Virus record (IMG/VR): IMGVR_UViG_2706796291_000001
Coordinates: 32,001-96,000 of that record
Source of the DNA: a virus
Lineage: Duplodnaviria > Caudoviricetes
DNA length: 64,000 nucleotides
Direction: 5' to 3' (one strand)
Shown here: positions 1-10,598 of the stretch, piece by piece
How the letters are laid out: each line of letters starts with the position of its first letter
Numbering within the stretch: the stretch's first letter is position 1
Program-made: the position numbers and the translations under genes
The notes under the pieces: generated by a model
What the model saw: the letters and a program-made list of their open reading frames with translations, nothing else
The model's database searches: none
What the model was told of the DNA's origin: nothing

Positions 1-450
1 GATGAAGAAAAAGCAGAAGCTGATAAAGAAATTGATGCACAAGTTAAAATGAAACAAGGAATGGCTAGTGCATTTAAAAAAGTTAAATTTGGCTCACTTC
101 TTAAAATTGAGGGTAATATCATTAACCGTGCAGTTGTAGTTGATGAAGAACCTGAGGAAGACGACCTCCTTGCTCAAATGCGTGGTAATGCTCGTAAGGT
201 TACGAACTACATTTCATTGTTAAGTATTGAGGGTACTGACAGTCATGAATCTGCTAAATATACAGAAGATGATTTCATGAAAGCTCTTGAACAATCTGAG
301 TTAGTCACATCTGACTCTAAGAAAGATGATGAGGAAGAAGATGACCTTGGCGGACTTCGTGGTAAAGGTAAATCTGCAAGTAAAGAGTTTGATGAAGAAG
401 CTTTTGGTTCAGACCCAATGGACATTTCAGATGATGACCTTCCATTCTGA
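1..450 (+). CDS. ssb: Single-stranded DNA-binding protein, C-terminal part (starts before window)
   Basis: Frame open from base 1; acidic tail ending DDDLPF; heads the replication cluster. Confidence 0.75.
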   Translation, partial: DEEKAEADKEIDAQVKMKQGMASAFKKVKFGSLLKIEGNIINRAVVVDEEPEEDDLLAQMRGNARKVTNYISLLSIEGTDSHESAKYTEDDFMKALEQSELVTSDSKKDDEEEDDLGGLRGKGKSASKEFDEEAFGSDPMDISDDDLPF

Positions 451-541
451 TTAAGAAGAAAATGAGAAACATTAAATATACATTAAAGATAAGAAGTAAC
501 TTATCATACTTGTATCGAAAAAGAATGGAGAATAGAATCAA

Positions 542-1585
542 ATGGGAATTAAAGACAAAATTAAAAAGAATAAAATTAGTACAAAATTATCAGACATGAA
601 GATTACAATTGCAGGTCGTCCTAAATCGGGAAAAACGAGTTTGTTTTATGAAATTCTCAAACGTGAAGGTGGTCTTGATACTGGATTGCTCTTTGCATTT
701 GAAAAAGGGTATAACTTCCTTGATGGAATTAACGTAGTTGACATTGAATCATGGTCTGACTTTATTGATGCAATCGATGAACTAGAAGATGATAACGAAG
801 GATTCGTTTATGTTGGTATTGATACGGTTGATATCGCAGGTCGCTTATGTCAAGAGTACGTACTTCGTAAACAGAGCACTAAAGATGGCAAACGATATGA
901 TGCAATGGCTGACATTCCTTTTGGTAAGGGATATGAGTTGGTTGAAGCGGAGTTTTCTCGTCAATTTGCTCGTCTTGACCGTATCTTTGGTGGATGGATG
1001 GGAATTACCCATGACAAAGACAAGACAGTTAAAGAAAAATCTGGTCTTGAGTATGACAAAACTATGATGTCAGCAACTGGTCGTACAGGAGACTATATCA
1101 AAAACTCATCAGATTTTATTGTCTTTATTGACATTCAAACAGAGAAAACACGTGATAAAGAAACACGTAAACAAACTGTTAAAGAGAATCGTAAGATTCG
1201 TTTCCGTGGAGATGGTACAACGGAAGCTGGTGGACGTATTTCTAAAGTTCCAGAAGAAATTGATTATGATGTTGATTTGTTCTTGGCAACTATCCGTGAT
1301 GCAGTTCTAGCAAATACTGGTGCAAGTGAAGCATTAGTAGAAGAAAAACCAAAAGCAAAAAAAACTCGTAAAATTGTGAAAGAAGAAGTCAAAGAAGAAA
1401 AAGAAGATGTGGTTGATATTGATTCAATCAAATCAAAAATTGGTGACTTCCTTTCTGAATTAGAATTGTCTGAGAAGAAAACTTGGGCTAAGCGATTCAA
1501 AGAAGAACTTGGAACAATGAACTTTAATGAATCTGATGACGTTAAAGCACTTCAAAGTATCTTAACTGATATGGAAGTGGGATAA
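542..1585 (+). CDS. Sak4-like/AAA_24 P-loop ATPase (ssDNA-annealing recombinase family)
   Basis: Walker A GRPKSGKT, Walker B VGIDTVD, next to ssb. Confidence 0.75.
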   Translation: MGIKDKIKKNKISTKLSDMKITIAGRPKSGKTSLFYEILKREGGLDTGLLFAFEKGYNFLDGINVVDIESWSDFIDAIDELEDDNEGFVYVGIDTVDIAGRLCQEYVLRKQSTKDGKRYDAMADIPFGKGYELVEAEFSRQFARLDRIFGGWMGITHDKDKTVKEKSGLEYDKTMMSATGRTGDYIKNSSDFIVFIDIQTEKTRDKETRKQTVKENRKIRFRGDGTTEAGGRISKVPEEIDYDVDLFLATIRDAVLANTGASEALVEEKPKAKKTRKIVKEEVKEEKEDVVDIDSIKSKIGDFLSELELSEKKTWAKRFKEELGTMNFNESDDVKALQSILTDMEVG

Positions 1586-1590
1586 TAATT

Positions 1591-1618
1591 AAAAGAGAGA
1601 AGAAATTCTCTCTTTTTT
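1591..1618 (+). terminator. Intrinsic terminator
   Basis: aaaagagaga-agaaat-tctctctttttt. Confidence 0.8.
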
Positions 1619-1629
1619 ATGTCTTACAC

Positions 1630-1658
1630 TTGACATATTCATTTTATTATGCTATAAT
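1630..1658 (+). promoter_or_regulatory. Sigma-A promoter
   Basis: TTGACA-17-TATAAT with TG extension. Confidence 0.85.
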
Positions 1659-1689
1659 ATTAATATACTAAAGAAATGGAGATGGATAA

Positions 1690-2307
1690 TTGGCTAAACA
1701 AAGTATTCGTACATGTCCTGTCTGCAAGAAGAAAGACAAGATTGATGTTATGGTTCAATATGAAAAACTTCCAAACAGATATTTGCATCCAGAATGTAAA
1801 GAGATTGAGATGGAAAGGTTCAAAAGAAATCAAATAGAACAAGAAAAAAAAGATATTTTTTGGCAAACTCTAGCTGAAATTGTAAACTTAAAGTTCGTTG
1901 ATATTCCACCACGCATTTATACCTTAGCTCAGAACTTAAGAAGTGGTAATCCCGTATTCAATAAGAAAAAAACTGATAAAAGATATCGTGATGGGTTTGA
2001 ATGGGATGTTATGACAAGAACAGTAATTGATTCCAAACAAAAGATTAGAACAGCAATTGAAACAAAAGACTTTCAATCAATTGATTCTGCATTATATTAT
2101 GTAATGAAGATTGTCGTCAATAGAATCCCTTTAGTTCATCAAAAGATGGAACGTGAAAAGAAAGCTCTTGAAGTTCAAAAGGCTCGTGAAGCAAGTATTA
2201 CACAGGAGGATATCGAGAATATTATTCAATATCAATATGACGAGGAAGATGAAAAACCTAGAAAAGAACGCAAGAAACTAGGTAATGATATCAGTAAATG
2301 GTTATAA
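1690..2307 (+). CDS. Zn-finger protein upstream of helicase (possible loader/initiator)
   Basis: CPVC...HPEC; TTG start with RBS; function inferred from position. Confidence 0.5.
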   Translation: MAKQSIRTCPVCKKKDKIDVMVQYEKLPNRYLHPECKEIEMERFKRNQIEQEKKDIFWQTLAEIVNLKFVDIPPRIYTLAQNLRSGNPVFNKKKTDKRYRDGFEWDVMTRTVIDSKQKIRTAIETKDFQSIDSALYYVMKIVVNRIPLVHQKMEREKKALEVQKAREASITQEDIENIIQYQYDEEDEKPRKERKKLGNDISKWL

Positions 2308-2316
2308 GAGGAAAAT

Positions 2317-3861
2317 ATGGTAACAACTAAAAAGAAAACAAAGGCGCAAGTAGAAGCTGAATCAATCAAACGACTAGCGAGTACCAATGAATCATATTTT
2401 GTGGGTTTATTATGGAATCAACCTATGGAAACATATACAAGCTATAGTGAAAAGATTTCATCAGATGATTTTTTACATCCAGAGTGGGGTTTTTATTTTG
2501 AATTAGGTAAACGTTTGTATAAAAAGGGAATCAAAAAATTTGATGATATTTCAGTCAATGCAACAGTTGAAGAAATCGGTGTTCGTGATACTTTTGATAA
2601 GTATGGTGGATACGGTACAATGGTGCAATTGATTGATATTGTTGAGGAAAATGCTCAAAATATTGAATCATACTATGATGCTCTACTTAAAAACAAAGTA
2701 ATCATGGCTCTTATTGATTTAATTGGTGGAAAAGTAATCACCAACAATAAAAAATATGATTATCGTGAAATGAATGCTCGTGAGATTTCACAGTATTGGC
2801 AAAATCAAATGAATAATATTGCAATTGATGGTGTATCTTCTTTTGAAAGTGAAAATCTCTATATCAGTGGTAAAGAGTTCTTAGGAAACTTAGAGAATAA
2901 AGCTGATGGAGTTCTTAGATTTGCAAATTCACGTTTACTAAACAGTGTTGTGCAGGGTATGCCACGTGGAGAAGTTACAATGCTTGGTGGCTTTGGTAAT
3001 AGTGGTAAATCTTCATTCATGACAGATAAGGTTCTCTTGTCATGTATTTATGATGTAGACAAAACACTTGTTATTCTTAATGAGGAAGGTGCTGATAAAT
3101 TACGAGAAAAAATATTTTTAACATTAGTTAATCATGAGATGAATAAGTATGGAGATAAAGAAAAACGTAATTTTGAACGTAGAAAACTTAATAAAGTGAA
3201 TAAGTTAGATGATAAAGACCGTAAACTTATCAATGAGACATTTGAAAAGTTAAAAGATTTAATGGCTGGAGATGAAGCACATATTAAAATTGTCTTCATG
3301 GAACAATATCAGATTGAAGATTTAAAAAATATTGTAGCTCTACATGCAAATCTTGGATATGTCAACCTTATTATTGACACCCACAAAGTACCTGATAATT
3401 ATAAGTCAGCAAGTCGTTGGGAGGCAATTGTTGAGGCAACGAAAGAAATTTATAAATTGACTCGTCCTGAATCTGGTGGTTTTAATCTTCGTACTATGTT
3501 GACTATTCAGTTGGCGGATGTTCATATTAAAGATAAATTCCTTGGATATGATGCTATTGGTGAGGGTAAGGGGATGAAAAACGAAGCATCTATTTTAATG
3601 ATGTATCGTCCTATCTTTGATGACGAATATGACAAAATTAAACCATATCGTCTTGTTAAAAATGGAATGAGTGGAGATAAATTTGTTCGAGAAGAAGTTT
3701 CACTCAACAGAGACAAAACTTATTATGTAATGTTTATACCCAAGAACCGTTATGGTCAAAACACGGACAATGGACAAGATGCAATTATTTATGAAGCTCG
3801 ATTCCAGTACAATTCGTTTGTTGAAGTTGGGTTTGCAAATATTCCACGTGAATATAATTAA
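2317..3861 (+). CDS. dnaB: DnaB-like replicative helicase
   Basis: Walker A GGFGNSGKS, IIDTHK, TIQL, KNRYG motifs. Confidence 0.85.
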   Translation: MVTTKKKTKAQVEAESIKRLASTNESYFVGLLWNQPMETYTSYSEKISSDDFLHPEWGFYFELGKRLYKKGIKKFDDISVNATVEEIGVRDTFDKYGGYGTMVQLIDIVEENAQNIESYYDALLKNKVIMALIDLIGGKVITNNKKYDYREMNAREISQYWQNQMNNIAIDGVSSFESENLYISGKEFLGNLENKADGVLRFANSRLLNSVVQGMPRGEVTMLGGFGNSGKSSFMTDKVLLSCIYDVDKTLVILNEEGADKLREKIFLTLVNHEMNKYGDKEKRNFERRKLNKVNKLDDKDRKLINETFEKLKDLMAGDEAHIKIVFMEQYQIEDLKNIVALHANLGYVNLIIDTHKVPDNYKSASRWEAIVEATKEIYKLTRPESGGFNLRTMLTIQLADVHIKDKFLGYDAIGEGKGMKNEASILMMYRPIFDDEYDKIKPYRLVKNGMSGDKFVREEVSLNRDKTYYVMFIPKNRYGQNTDNGQDAIIYEARFQYNSFVEVGFANIPREYN

Positions 3862-3872
3862 AGGATAAAAAA

Positions 3873-4922
3873 ATGAATGATTTAGCAGAGATTAAAAAAC
3901 GACTCTTTGAAGAAGATAAAGTTCAAGACCTGCTCGAATCAATTGGTTGTCAAAATATAAAGTGGGAACAAGGTGGAACTCTTATTACAGCCCAATTGCC
4001 AGATGATTTTCACTCTACAAATACACGTGCTGTACAATGTAGAGTGAATGAAGGTCTTTGGTGCTCAATAAGAAACAGAAATGACTTTAGTGGAGATATC
4101 TTTAATTTAATCTCTTATCTCGTGTACAAAGCAAAAGGAGATGAATTACAGGATAATTTAAATGAAGCAAAACAATATATTTGTAAGTTATTTCATTGGA
4201 GTTATTCGAGTGGAGAGATTAAGGAAAGATTTGACCCCCTCAAGAATATCAAGAGTATGATGTACAAGGGTAGAGGTGGAGTAAGAAAACCCAATAAAGT
4301 TCTTGATGAGAATATTCTATTTGATTTCTTAGATTTACCTAATAAAATGTGGGAAGATGAAGGAATAAGTATAGAAACTCAAAGGACTTATGACATTGGA
4401 TTTGATATCCTTACTAGAAGAATTACAGTTCCTGTTCGTAATAAGTTTGGACAGTTAGTAGGTGTCAAGGGCAGAATGCTCTTAGATGAAGATGTAAATG
4501 AATCAGACCCTAAGTATATCTATATCTATAAATGTAATCAGTCACAAGAATTATTTAATTTCTATATTGCTAACAAGTCAGCAAAAGAAAAGAAAGAACT
4601 AATCATCGTAGAGGGCGAAAAGTCTTGCATGAAATTTTATGAGAATAAAATTTATAATGTAGTAGCTCTTGGTTCAAGTGATATTTCACCTGCTCAGGTT
4701 GATATGATTTACTCATTAGGATTTGACGTTGATATTGTTCTAGCTTATGACAGTGACAAAACAATTGATGAAATTCAAAAGACAGCAGAAAAGCTCAATC
4801 AAAGAAGTGTGTCAATGGTATTTGACAAAGACAAGAAAACTGGTAAAAAGTCTGCCCCTATTGATAGTGGTATCAAGGTTTGGAAAGATTTATATAATAA
4901 CTATAAATACGATTTGGAGTAA
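3873..4922 (+). CDS. dnaG: DNA primase (TOPRIM)
   Basis: RITVPVRN..GQLVGVKGR, PKY, IVEGEKS, LAYDSD. Confidence 0.85.
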   Translation: MNDLAEIKKRLFEEDKVQDLLESIGCQNIKWEQGGTLITAQLPDDFHSTNTRAVQCRVNEGLWCSIRNRNDFSGDIFNLISYLVYKAKGDELQDNLNEAKQYICKLFHWSYSSGEIKERFDPLKNIKSMMYKGRGGVRKPNKVLDENILFDFLDLPNKMWEDEGISIETQRTYDIGFDILTRRITVPVRNKFGQLVGVKGRMLLDEDVNESDPKYIYIYKCNQSQELFNFYIANKSAKEKKELIIVEGEKSCMKFYENKIYNVVALGSSDISPAQVDMIYSLGFDVDIVLAYDSDKTIDEIQKTAEKLNQRSVSMVFDKDKKTGKKSAPIDSGIKVWKDLYNNYKYDLE

Positions 4923-4928
4923 TTAAAC

Positions 4929-6710
4929 GTGGTAAAATGGATACAAAAGAAAACAAAAATTGAAGCAGATAGAGAAGATGATTTAAAAACAAGAATTTTA
5001 AAGGCAAGGGGGATTCCTCTCGAAGACCATCAAGAGTTTCTGTTTCCTGATGAGAAGTGGGAGAATCATCCTTTTGAAATCCGCAATGTAGAAAAAGCTG
5101 TCAATCGTATATTAGAAGGCATTGCAGACAAAGAAACAATTGTAATAAGTGGAGACCCTGATGCAGATGGAATCACAGCAACAGCTATTATGTTCAATCG
5201 ACTGAAAGCACTACAAGATTTTAATGAGTTCAACCTAGATTATATCTACCCACAACGTGATACGGGGCATGGACTATATGGTCAATTGTCGGTTCAAGAC
5301 CATTGGCTAAACAAAGCAGAGAAAGCAAAGGTTGAAAAAGATAAAGAAAGTCTTGCTAAGTGGGAAAAACTTATTAACCTTAGTCGCTCAAACATCGAGA
5401 AGACAAAGATAGCTGACCTCCTTATTATTTTAGATAGTTCGAGTAACGACTTAAAAGGTGTTGAACGTGCTCGAACATTAAATCCTGATTTGGATATCAT
5501 CATCCTAGACCACCATGAATTTGACTCTAAAGAAATTATGGATGAAATGGATAAAGAAGTTATCTTATGTAATCCTCACCATCGTTTAGATGAATCAATC
5601 AATAAAGATTTGTCAGGGGCTGGTATGGCTTATAAAGTAGCAAAAGGCATTGATGATGTCTTAGATGATGATGGATTTTCTAATCAGTTCCGTGACCTAG
5701 TTGCAATTGGTCTTGTAGGGGATATGATGAGTGTTCTTAATTTTGAGAATCGTTACCTTATCTCACAAGGATTACAAAATGTTAATAACATTGGTTTATC
5801 ACGAATCCTTAAAGGTGCTAAAATTAATACATACCGATACAATACAAAAGATATTGGATATAGTATTGCACCATTAATTAACTCATCTGCTCGTATGGGA
5901 GAAATTGAACTTGCTTTTCAAATCTTAATGGTAGATAATGATACTGACGCTAAGAAGCTTCGACTTAAAATGGATAAACTGAATAAAAAACGTCAAGAAA
6001 CTCAAAAAGCAGTCATGCAAAAATATGAAGATAATCAAAATATGGAAGACAAGATTATTATTGTTATTGATTCAGAGTCAAATAAAGGTATGAACGGTTT
6101 AGTAGCTCAGAATATCGCTCAAAAATACCATCGCCCATGTTTCGTTGTGACAGAAGGTAAAGATGGAATCTGTCGCGGTTCAGGTCGTTCGTATGGTAGT
6201 TTTAATACAAATGAGTTTCTAAGTGAATTAGATTTTGTGGAAGCACAGGGACATGGACAAGCTCATGGATTGAATTTTCCTCTTGACCGATTAGATGATT
6301 TGAAAGAATACATCGAGGATAACATGCCAGACAATCTTGAAACAGAAAGAACGTTCTATTACGATGTTGAATTGAAAAATGTTGAAGAAGCATTTATGGA
6401 TTTAACTGATTTAATCAATATCAACTACATTACAGGTAATAACTTTCCAGAAGTTGTAGTACGTATAAATAATGTTATGATTGAGGAACGTGCAGTTATT
6501 GGTAAAACAAAAGAAACAGTCAAATTTAAAACAAGTGGAGATTTAGTCTTTATTAAGTTTAAAGTTAATGAGGAATGGAATGAGGATATTGATACATTCG
6601 ATACTGTCAGTGTTGTAGGAAATGGAACAATCAATGAGTTCTACAATTTTTCAACAAAAGAAATGACACGAACACCTCAAATTATTATTATGGATATTGT
6701 AAAGGAATAA
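4929..6710 (+). CDS. recJ: RecJ-like DHH ssDNA exonuclease
   Basis: GDPDADG, ILDHH, GSGRS, GHGQAHG. Confidence 0.9.
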   Translation: MVKWIQKKTKIEADREDDLKTRILKARGIPLEDHQEFLFPDEKWENHPFEIRNVEKAVNRILEGIADKETIVISGDPDADGITATAIMFNRLKALQDFNEFNLDYIYPQRDTGHGLYGQLSVQDHWLNKAEKAKVEKDKESLAKWEKLINLSRSNIEKTKIADLLIILDSSSNDLKGVERARTLNPDLDIIILDHHEFDSKEIMDEMDKEVILCNPHHRLDESINKDLSGAGMAYKVAKGIDDVLDDDGFSNQFRDLVAIGLVGDMMSVLNFENRYLISQGLQNVNNIGLSRILKGAKINTYRYNTKDIGYSIAPLINSSARMGEIELAFQILMVDNDTDAKKLRLKMDKLNKKRQETQKAVMQKYEDNQNMEDKIIIVIDSESNKGMNGLVAQNIAQKYHRPCFVVTEGKDGICRGSGRSYGSFNTNEFLSELDFVEAQGHGQAHGLNFPLDRLDDLKEYIEDNMPDNLETERTFYYDVELKNVEEAFMDLTDLININYITGNNFPEVVVRINNVMIEERAVIGKTKETVKFKTSGDLVFIKFKVNEEWNEDIDTFDTVSVVGNGTINEFYNFSTKEMTRTPQIIIMDIVKE

Positions 6711-6717
6711 ATTAAAA

Positions 6718-7257
6718 ATGAAAAATACAACTAAAAAAATTATTATGACAGTTATGGTTATTGCAGGAATCTTTGGTTCAGCAACTTTTGGGGCTTATGC
6801 GGCTAATGCATGGGCAGGACATCAAAATATGGTTGCTGTGCAACAGAATATCTCTATCTTGAAACAACGCTTACTAGACCGAAACGAACAGCTTAAACAG
6901 GCGAATAATAACTCACAGCAATATGAAAAACGATTGAATCAATTGAATGACCAAATTAATCAGTTAAAAGACCAAATTAATCAAGCTGATTCTGTAAACC
7001 AACAACTTCAAGGTCAACTTAAAAATAAAGATGCTGATTATCAAAATCAATTAAACTCACTTAATCAGCAAAAAGAAGAAGTTATTCGACAATTAAATCA
7101 AGCAAACAAAGATAAGGAAAGCATGACACAACAGATTAGTGATTTGAATGCAAAATTAACTGTCGCTCAACAAAAAACTGACGAATTATCACAAGCAGTA
7201 ACTGATGCACAACAGACTAAAGACTTATCAGATAGAGCTGTCAACGAAACGAAGTGA
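6718..7257 (+). CDS. Exported/membrane-anchored Gln-rich coiled-coil protein
   Basis: Signal-peptide-like N-terminus followed by heptad repeats. Confidence 0.6.
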   Translation: MKNTTKKIIMTVMVIAGIFGSATFGAYAANAWAGHQNMVAVQQNISILKQRLLDRNEQLKQANNNSQQYEKRLNQLNDQINQLKDQINQADSVNQQLQGQLKNKDADYQNQLNSLNQQKEEVIRQLNQANKDKESMTQQISDLNAKLTVAQQKTDELSQAVTDAQQTKDLSDRAVNETK

Positions 7258-7264
7258 GGATGAG

Positions 7265-7552
7265 ATGAAATTAGACGAGATTGAATATGTAGAACCAGAA
7301 GATTTTGCTGTAGTTGAAGATGAAACTGTATATAGCTATGTTGTAGATAGAGGATGCAGAGAGAACGCAATCATAGTTGATGAATATCCTAAGTTATATA
7401 CAGAAGAAAGTATGATGAAATTCATGCAAGAGAATGTTAAACGTGCATTGTCTATGTATGGTATGACATTTGACAGCAACGATGGATTTGCTGATAATAG
7501 ACGTCTAACAAAAGAGGAAAGAGATATTATAATAGAAGATTTCTTTTCATAA
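7265..7552 (+). CDS. Hypothetical protein
   Basis: ORF with RBS; start re-assigned. Confidence 0.6.
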   Translation: MKLDEIEYVEPEDFAVVEDETVYSYVVDRGCRENAIIVDEYPKLYTEESMMKFMQENVKRALSMYGMTFDSNDGFADNRRLTKEERDIIIEDFFS

Positions 7553-7562
7553 GGAGAACATA

Positions 7563-7784
7563 ATGAAAAAAGAATACGGATATAGTCAAATGTTGTTCAA
7601 TTACATTACAGACTATGCACAAGGAATCAATGAAACAGTAGGTCAGATGGAATTTATTTGGCAAAATAGAGACAACTTTAAAGAAGATGTCGATGTGGAA
7701 GAAGTGATTAAAACATTCAAAGAGGACATTGAAGAAAAGGTAAAATATTTTCTGTCATATCTTGAACCACTAGAAGAGGACTAA
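7563..7784 (+). CDS. Hypothetical protein
   Basis: AAGGAG RBS. Confidence 0.65.
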   Translation: MKKEYGYSQMLFNYITDYAQGINETVGQMEFIWQNRDNFKEDVDVEEVIKTFKEDIEEKVKYFLSYLEPLEED

Positions 7785-7785
7785 A

Positions 7786-8265
7786 ATGGAAAATGAACAT
7801 GAGGAACGTCAAATTATTATTTTTGCTTCATTCTGTGCATTCTTGGTTTTGTTTGCTATTTTAGCAGTATGCTTTATTAAGCCAGAGAGTGAAAAGAAAG
7901 AAATGAAATATATTAATATCAATGTTGATTATGAGGTTATTAATTATTCTCAATCTGTAAGAGATAATGGAAACACAGAAAATCAAGATACTACAATTAA
8001 TTTTGTAACACCTTCTGGTGAACATCATTCAGTCACTGTCACCAATGAAATTGAATCTAGCTATTCAAATTTTGGAAAACTCACAAGCAAAAATTCACAA
8101 TTAAGATTTGTAAGTAGTGATTATCATGATATTAAAGATATGATTGCTGGCACACCTATTGCCTATACAAAATATAATATTTTAAATGATGATAAACCAC
8201 ATATCAATATCACTATTAACGAGAAGGCTGAGATTAGAAATTTCACATTATTTTCAAAAGAGTAA
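7786..8265 (+). CDS. Membrane-anchored hypothetical protein
   Basis: One N-terminal TM helix. Confidence 0.6.
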   Translation: MENEHEERQIIIFASFCAFLVLFAILAVCFIKPESEKKEMKYININVDYEVINYSQSVRDNGNTENQDTTINFVTPSGEHHSVTVTNEIESSYSNFGKLTSKNSQLRFVSSDYHDIKDMIAGTPIAYTKYNILNDDKPHINITINEKAEIRNFTLFSKE

Positions 8266-8293
8266 TTTATTTACTCTTTTTTTTATTTTATGC

Positions 8294-8322
8294 TTGACAA
8301 AAGTATTTTAATTTGATATAAT
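8294..8322 (+). promoter_or_regulatory. Sigma-A promoter, preceded by terminator at ~8256-8284
   Basis: TTGACA-17-TATAAT. Confidence 0.85.
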
Positions 8323-8350
8323 AGTATTATAGAAAGTTGAGGAACATAAA

Positions 8351-8650
8351 ATGACAAACATTACTACTGAAACACGAAACGCATCATTCGAAGAAATCCT
8401 TGAAACAATCGGAGACCGACAACAAGTAGTTGTTGACTACCTAAAAGCATTTGATGAACCTTTATCTGCAAGTGAAATTGCATATGGTTTATACATTAAT
8501 GGACTTGTTCCAACACCTGAACGTAATTCAGTGCATCCTCGCTTAACAGAATTGACAAAACTAGGAATTGTTAATGTAGTCGGAAAAAGAAAAGACCCAA
8601 TTACAAATCGCAAAGTTGCTGTTTATGAATTAGTAGAGGGAGTTCAATGA
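8351..8650 (+). CDS. Winged-helix DNA-binding protein
   Basis: LSASEIA...RNSVHPRLTEL...G.V...GKRKD pattern. Confidence 0.65.
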   Translation: MTNITTETRNASFEEILETIGDRQQVVVDYLKAFDEPLSASEIAYGLYINGLVPTPERNSVHPRLTELTKLGIVNVVGKRKDPITNRKVAVYELVEGVQ

Positions 8651-8832
8651 CATATCCTAAGTTTATTGTGGTGGAAGTCTATCAGCGCACAATTAAAAAG
8701 TCTTACTGGAAGTTAAAAATTCTTGAAGGTAAAGGCAAAAGGTGGGAAGATTTCACATATTTGCGATATAATAACTGGATGGATGCTAATTATTATTTAC
8801 AAACATTAAAAGAAATTAGAGGTTTAAAATGA
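8647..8832 (+). CDS. Hypothetical protein
   Basis: ATGA-coupled ORF. Confidence 0.55.
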   Translation: MTYPKFIVVEVYQRTIKKSYWKLKILEGKGKRWEDFTYLRYNNWMDANYYLQTLKEIRGLK

Positions 8833-8972
8833 AAACAAGTACGGAAGTTTTAGGAACATTGGTGTTCTTCATTCTATTATTTGGAATGAAGATGATTGCA
8901 GGATTTGAGTATGCAGTACTCTTTGGGTTAGCAGTCACCATTGTTAAAGTTTTAAAACATGGAAATGGATAG
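8829..8972 (+). CDS. 47-aa two-TM membrane peptide (not in ORF track)
   Basis: MKTSTEVLGTLVFFILLFG...; ATGA overlap and RBS. Confidence 0.55.
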   Translation: MKTSTEVLGTLVFFILLFGMKMIAGFEYAVLFGLAVTIVKVLKHGNG

Positions 8973-8974
8973 TA

Positions 8975-9190
8975 ATGAATAACAAACGTAAATATAAAAA
9001 TAGAGATTATGAAGCTCTTAGACACGAGAAAGAAACTAAAAGAGAAGAATTAAGACGCTTAAGGAAAGAACTACACATACTTGAGGTGTCACGTCTTTCA
9101 GTTTTACATAATGAGTCAGATAATGATGATGATAGTCTTTTTAGAAAATCATACAATGATTTTATGAAAGAAAGAGGAGATATATGTTAG
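8975..9190 (+). CDS. Hypothetical protein
   Basis: Tiled ORF. Confidence 0.55.
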   Translation: MNNKRKYKNRDYEALRHEKETKREELRRLRKELHILEVSRLSVLHNESDNDDDSLFRKSYNDFMKERGDIC

Positions 9191-9417
9191 TAGATGTATT
9201 ACAATGTCCTAAATGTTCAAAATTCATTAGACATCAAATTGAGTATGCAGACTATGAAGGATGCAATGATGTAATCGAATTAGAAGCACGTGATTTTGTA
9301 TGTGAATGTCTTTATTGTGACACTAAGTTTGTATTCAATCTTTATGTAACTTATTCAGCAACAAAAGAACGAATTGATGATAAACGTGTAGAAGAAGTGG
9401 AAAATGGAGATTATTAA
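9184..9417 (+). CDS. Zn-ribbon protein
   Basis: CPKC...CLYC. Confidence 0.6.
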   Translation: MLVDVLQCPKCSKFIRHQIEYADYEGCNDVIELEARDFVCECLYCDTKFVFNLYVTYSATKERIDDKRVEEVENGDY

Positions 9418-9794
9418 TGAGTAACTACAACGAACCAATTAAATATGAAGTCGGTAAAGAGATTTACTTAGTACCAAGCGATACACGTCATGAACCTTAC
9501 CGCGCTAGAATTACAAAAGTCGGTCGCAAATATGCTTATGCTGGAACAATCTATAAAGGTTGGGATGACCTTGGACGAGATTTTAAGATTGAAATTGGAA
9601 AGAATAGAACATCTGTAGAATACGGTAGTACAGATGATGCATATGAAAGTGAAGCTATTTACGAACAATATCTTAAAGATAAAGCATTACAATACCATAT
9701 TTCCAAACAATTAAATTCTAAAATATTTGATTCTAATACATTGGAAGTAATTGCAGAAGTTATTGGAATGGAAAGTCATGTGGAGATTAAATGA
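9417..9794 (+). CDS. Small beta-barrel hypothetical protein
   Basis: EVGKEIYLV...ITKVGRKY pattern. Confidence 0.6.
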   Translation: MSNYNEPIKYEVGKEIYLVPSDTRHEPYRARITKVGRKYAYAGTIYKGWDDLGRDFKIEIGKNRTSVEYGSTDDAYESEAIYEQYLKDKALQYHISKQLNSKIFDSNTLEVIAEVIGMESHVEIK

Positions 9795-9827
9795 GACAAA
9801 TAACTCAAATTATAATAAGGAGAAAAC

Positions 9828-10142
9828 ATGAAAAAACAGACTCTAAAACAATCACTGTGTTCTAATTTCTATTGGGGTCATAACTTTTCAGAAAACTTAA
9901 CTTATGACTCTTTCTTTCTTGAATACTCAAAAGAATTTCGCGTTCGGCTTTATGGTTATTGTTCATATTGTGGAAAAGAAACTTTAATAGAAGTATTCTA
10001 TATGCACCCTACAGAATACGTCAGATTCAATTCTAAGCACCTTTTTGACAAGTTTGTAGAAACACACGAAAAGGAACACGTATGGGATATTACAGTCATC
10101 TCAGAGGGCATTAAAAAAGAGAGACGAGTAAGAAAGGTATAA
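9828..10142 (+). CDS. Hypothetical protein
   Basis: AAGGAG RBS; CSYC. Confidence 0.6.
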   Translation: MKKQTLKQSLCSNFYWGHNFSENLTYDSFFLEYSKEFRVRLYGYCSYCGKETLIEVFYMHPTEYVRFNSKHLFDKFVETHEKEHVWDITVISEGIKKERRVRKV

Positions 10143-10179
10143 AATAAGAATTTTATATATGGTTAAGAATAGTTTATAT

Positions 10180-10208
10180 TTGACAAAGTGAAAATAATTT
10201 GATATAAT
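10180..10208 (+). promoter_or_regulatory. Sigma-A promoter
   Basis: TTGACA-17-TATAAT. Confidence 0.85.
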
Positions 10209-10232
10209 AGAGTTGTGAAAGAGGTAATAACA

Positions 10233-10598
10233 ATGTATAACGCAACCTTTAGAGAAAGACCACTAAGAACAAATGTACCAACACAACCGACCAAAGGAGT
10301 GAAAATGGATAATAAAAGAATTTCTGAAATCGTTGACGAAGAAATGATAAAGCAAGATGCAAACAGATATCGTGATATGAGGAAAATTCTCACGATTACG
10401 AAAAACATTGCGAATGAAATTGATAAGTTTGCTCATACTAACTGGGCTAATTGGCAATTCTATTTCTATTCAGATGAAATGAGCGAAGAGCTTATTGATT
10501 GGTTTGACAATGGTGATTCTGAGTTTACAAACTCTAAGATAGCTATGACTTACCTCAACCCTCTTACTCGTGATTTAGTGAAAGTGGTGGAATTATGA
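10233..10598 (+). CDS. Hypothetical protein (lactococcal temperate-phage type)
   Basis: RBS GAGGT; C-terminus YLNPLTRDLVKVVE. Confidence 0.55.
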   Translation: MYNATFRERPLRTNVPTQPTKGVKMDNKRISEIVDEEMIKQDANRYRDMRKILTITKNIANEIDKFAHTNWANWQFYFYSDEMSEELIDWFDNGDSEFTNSKIAMTYLNPLTRDLVKVVEL

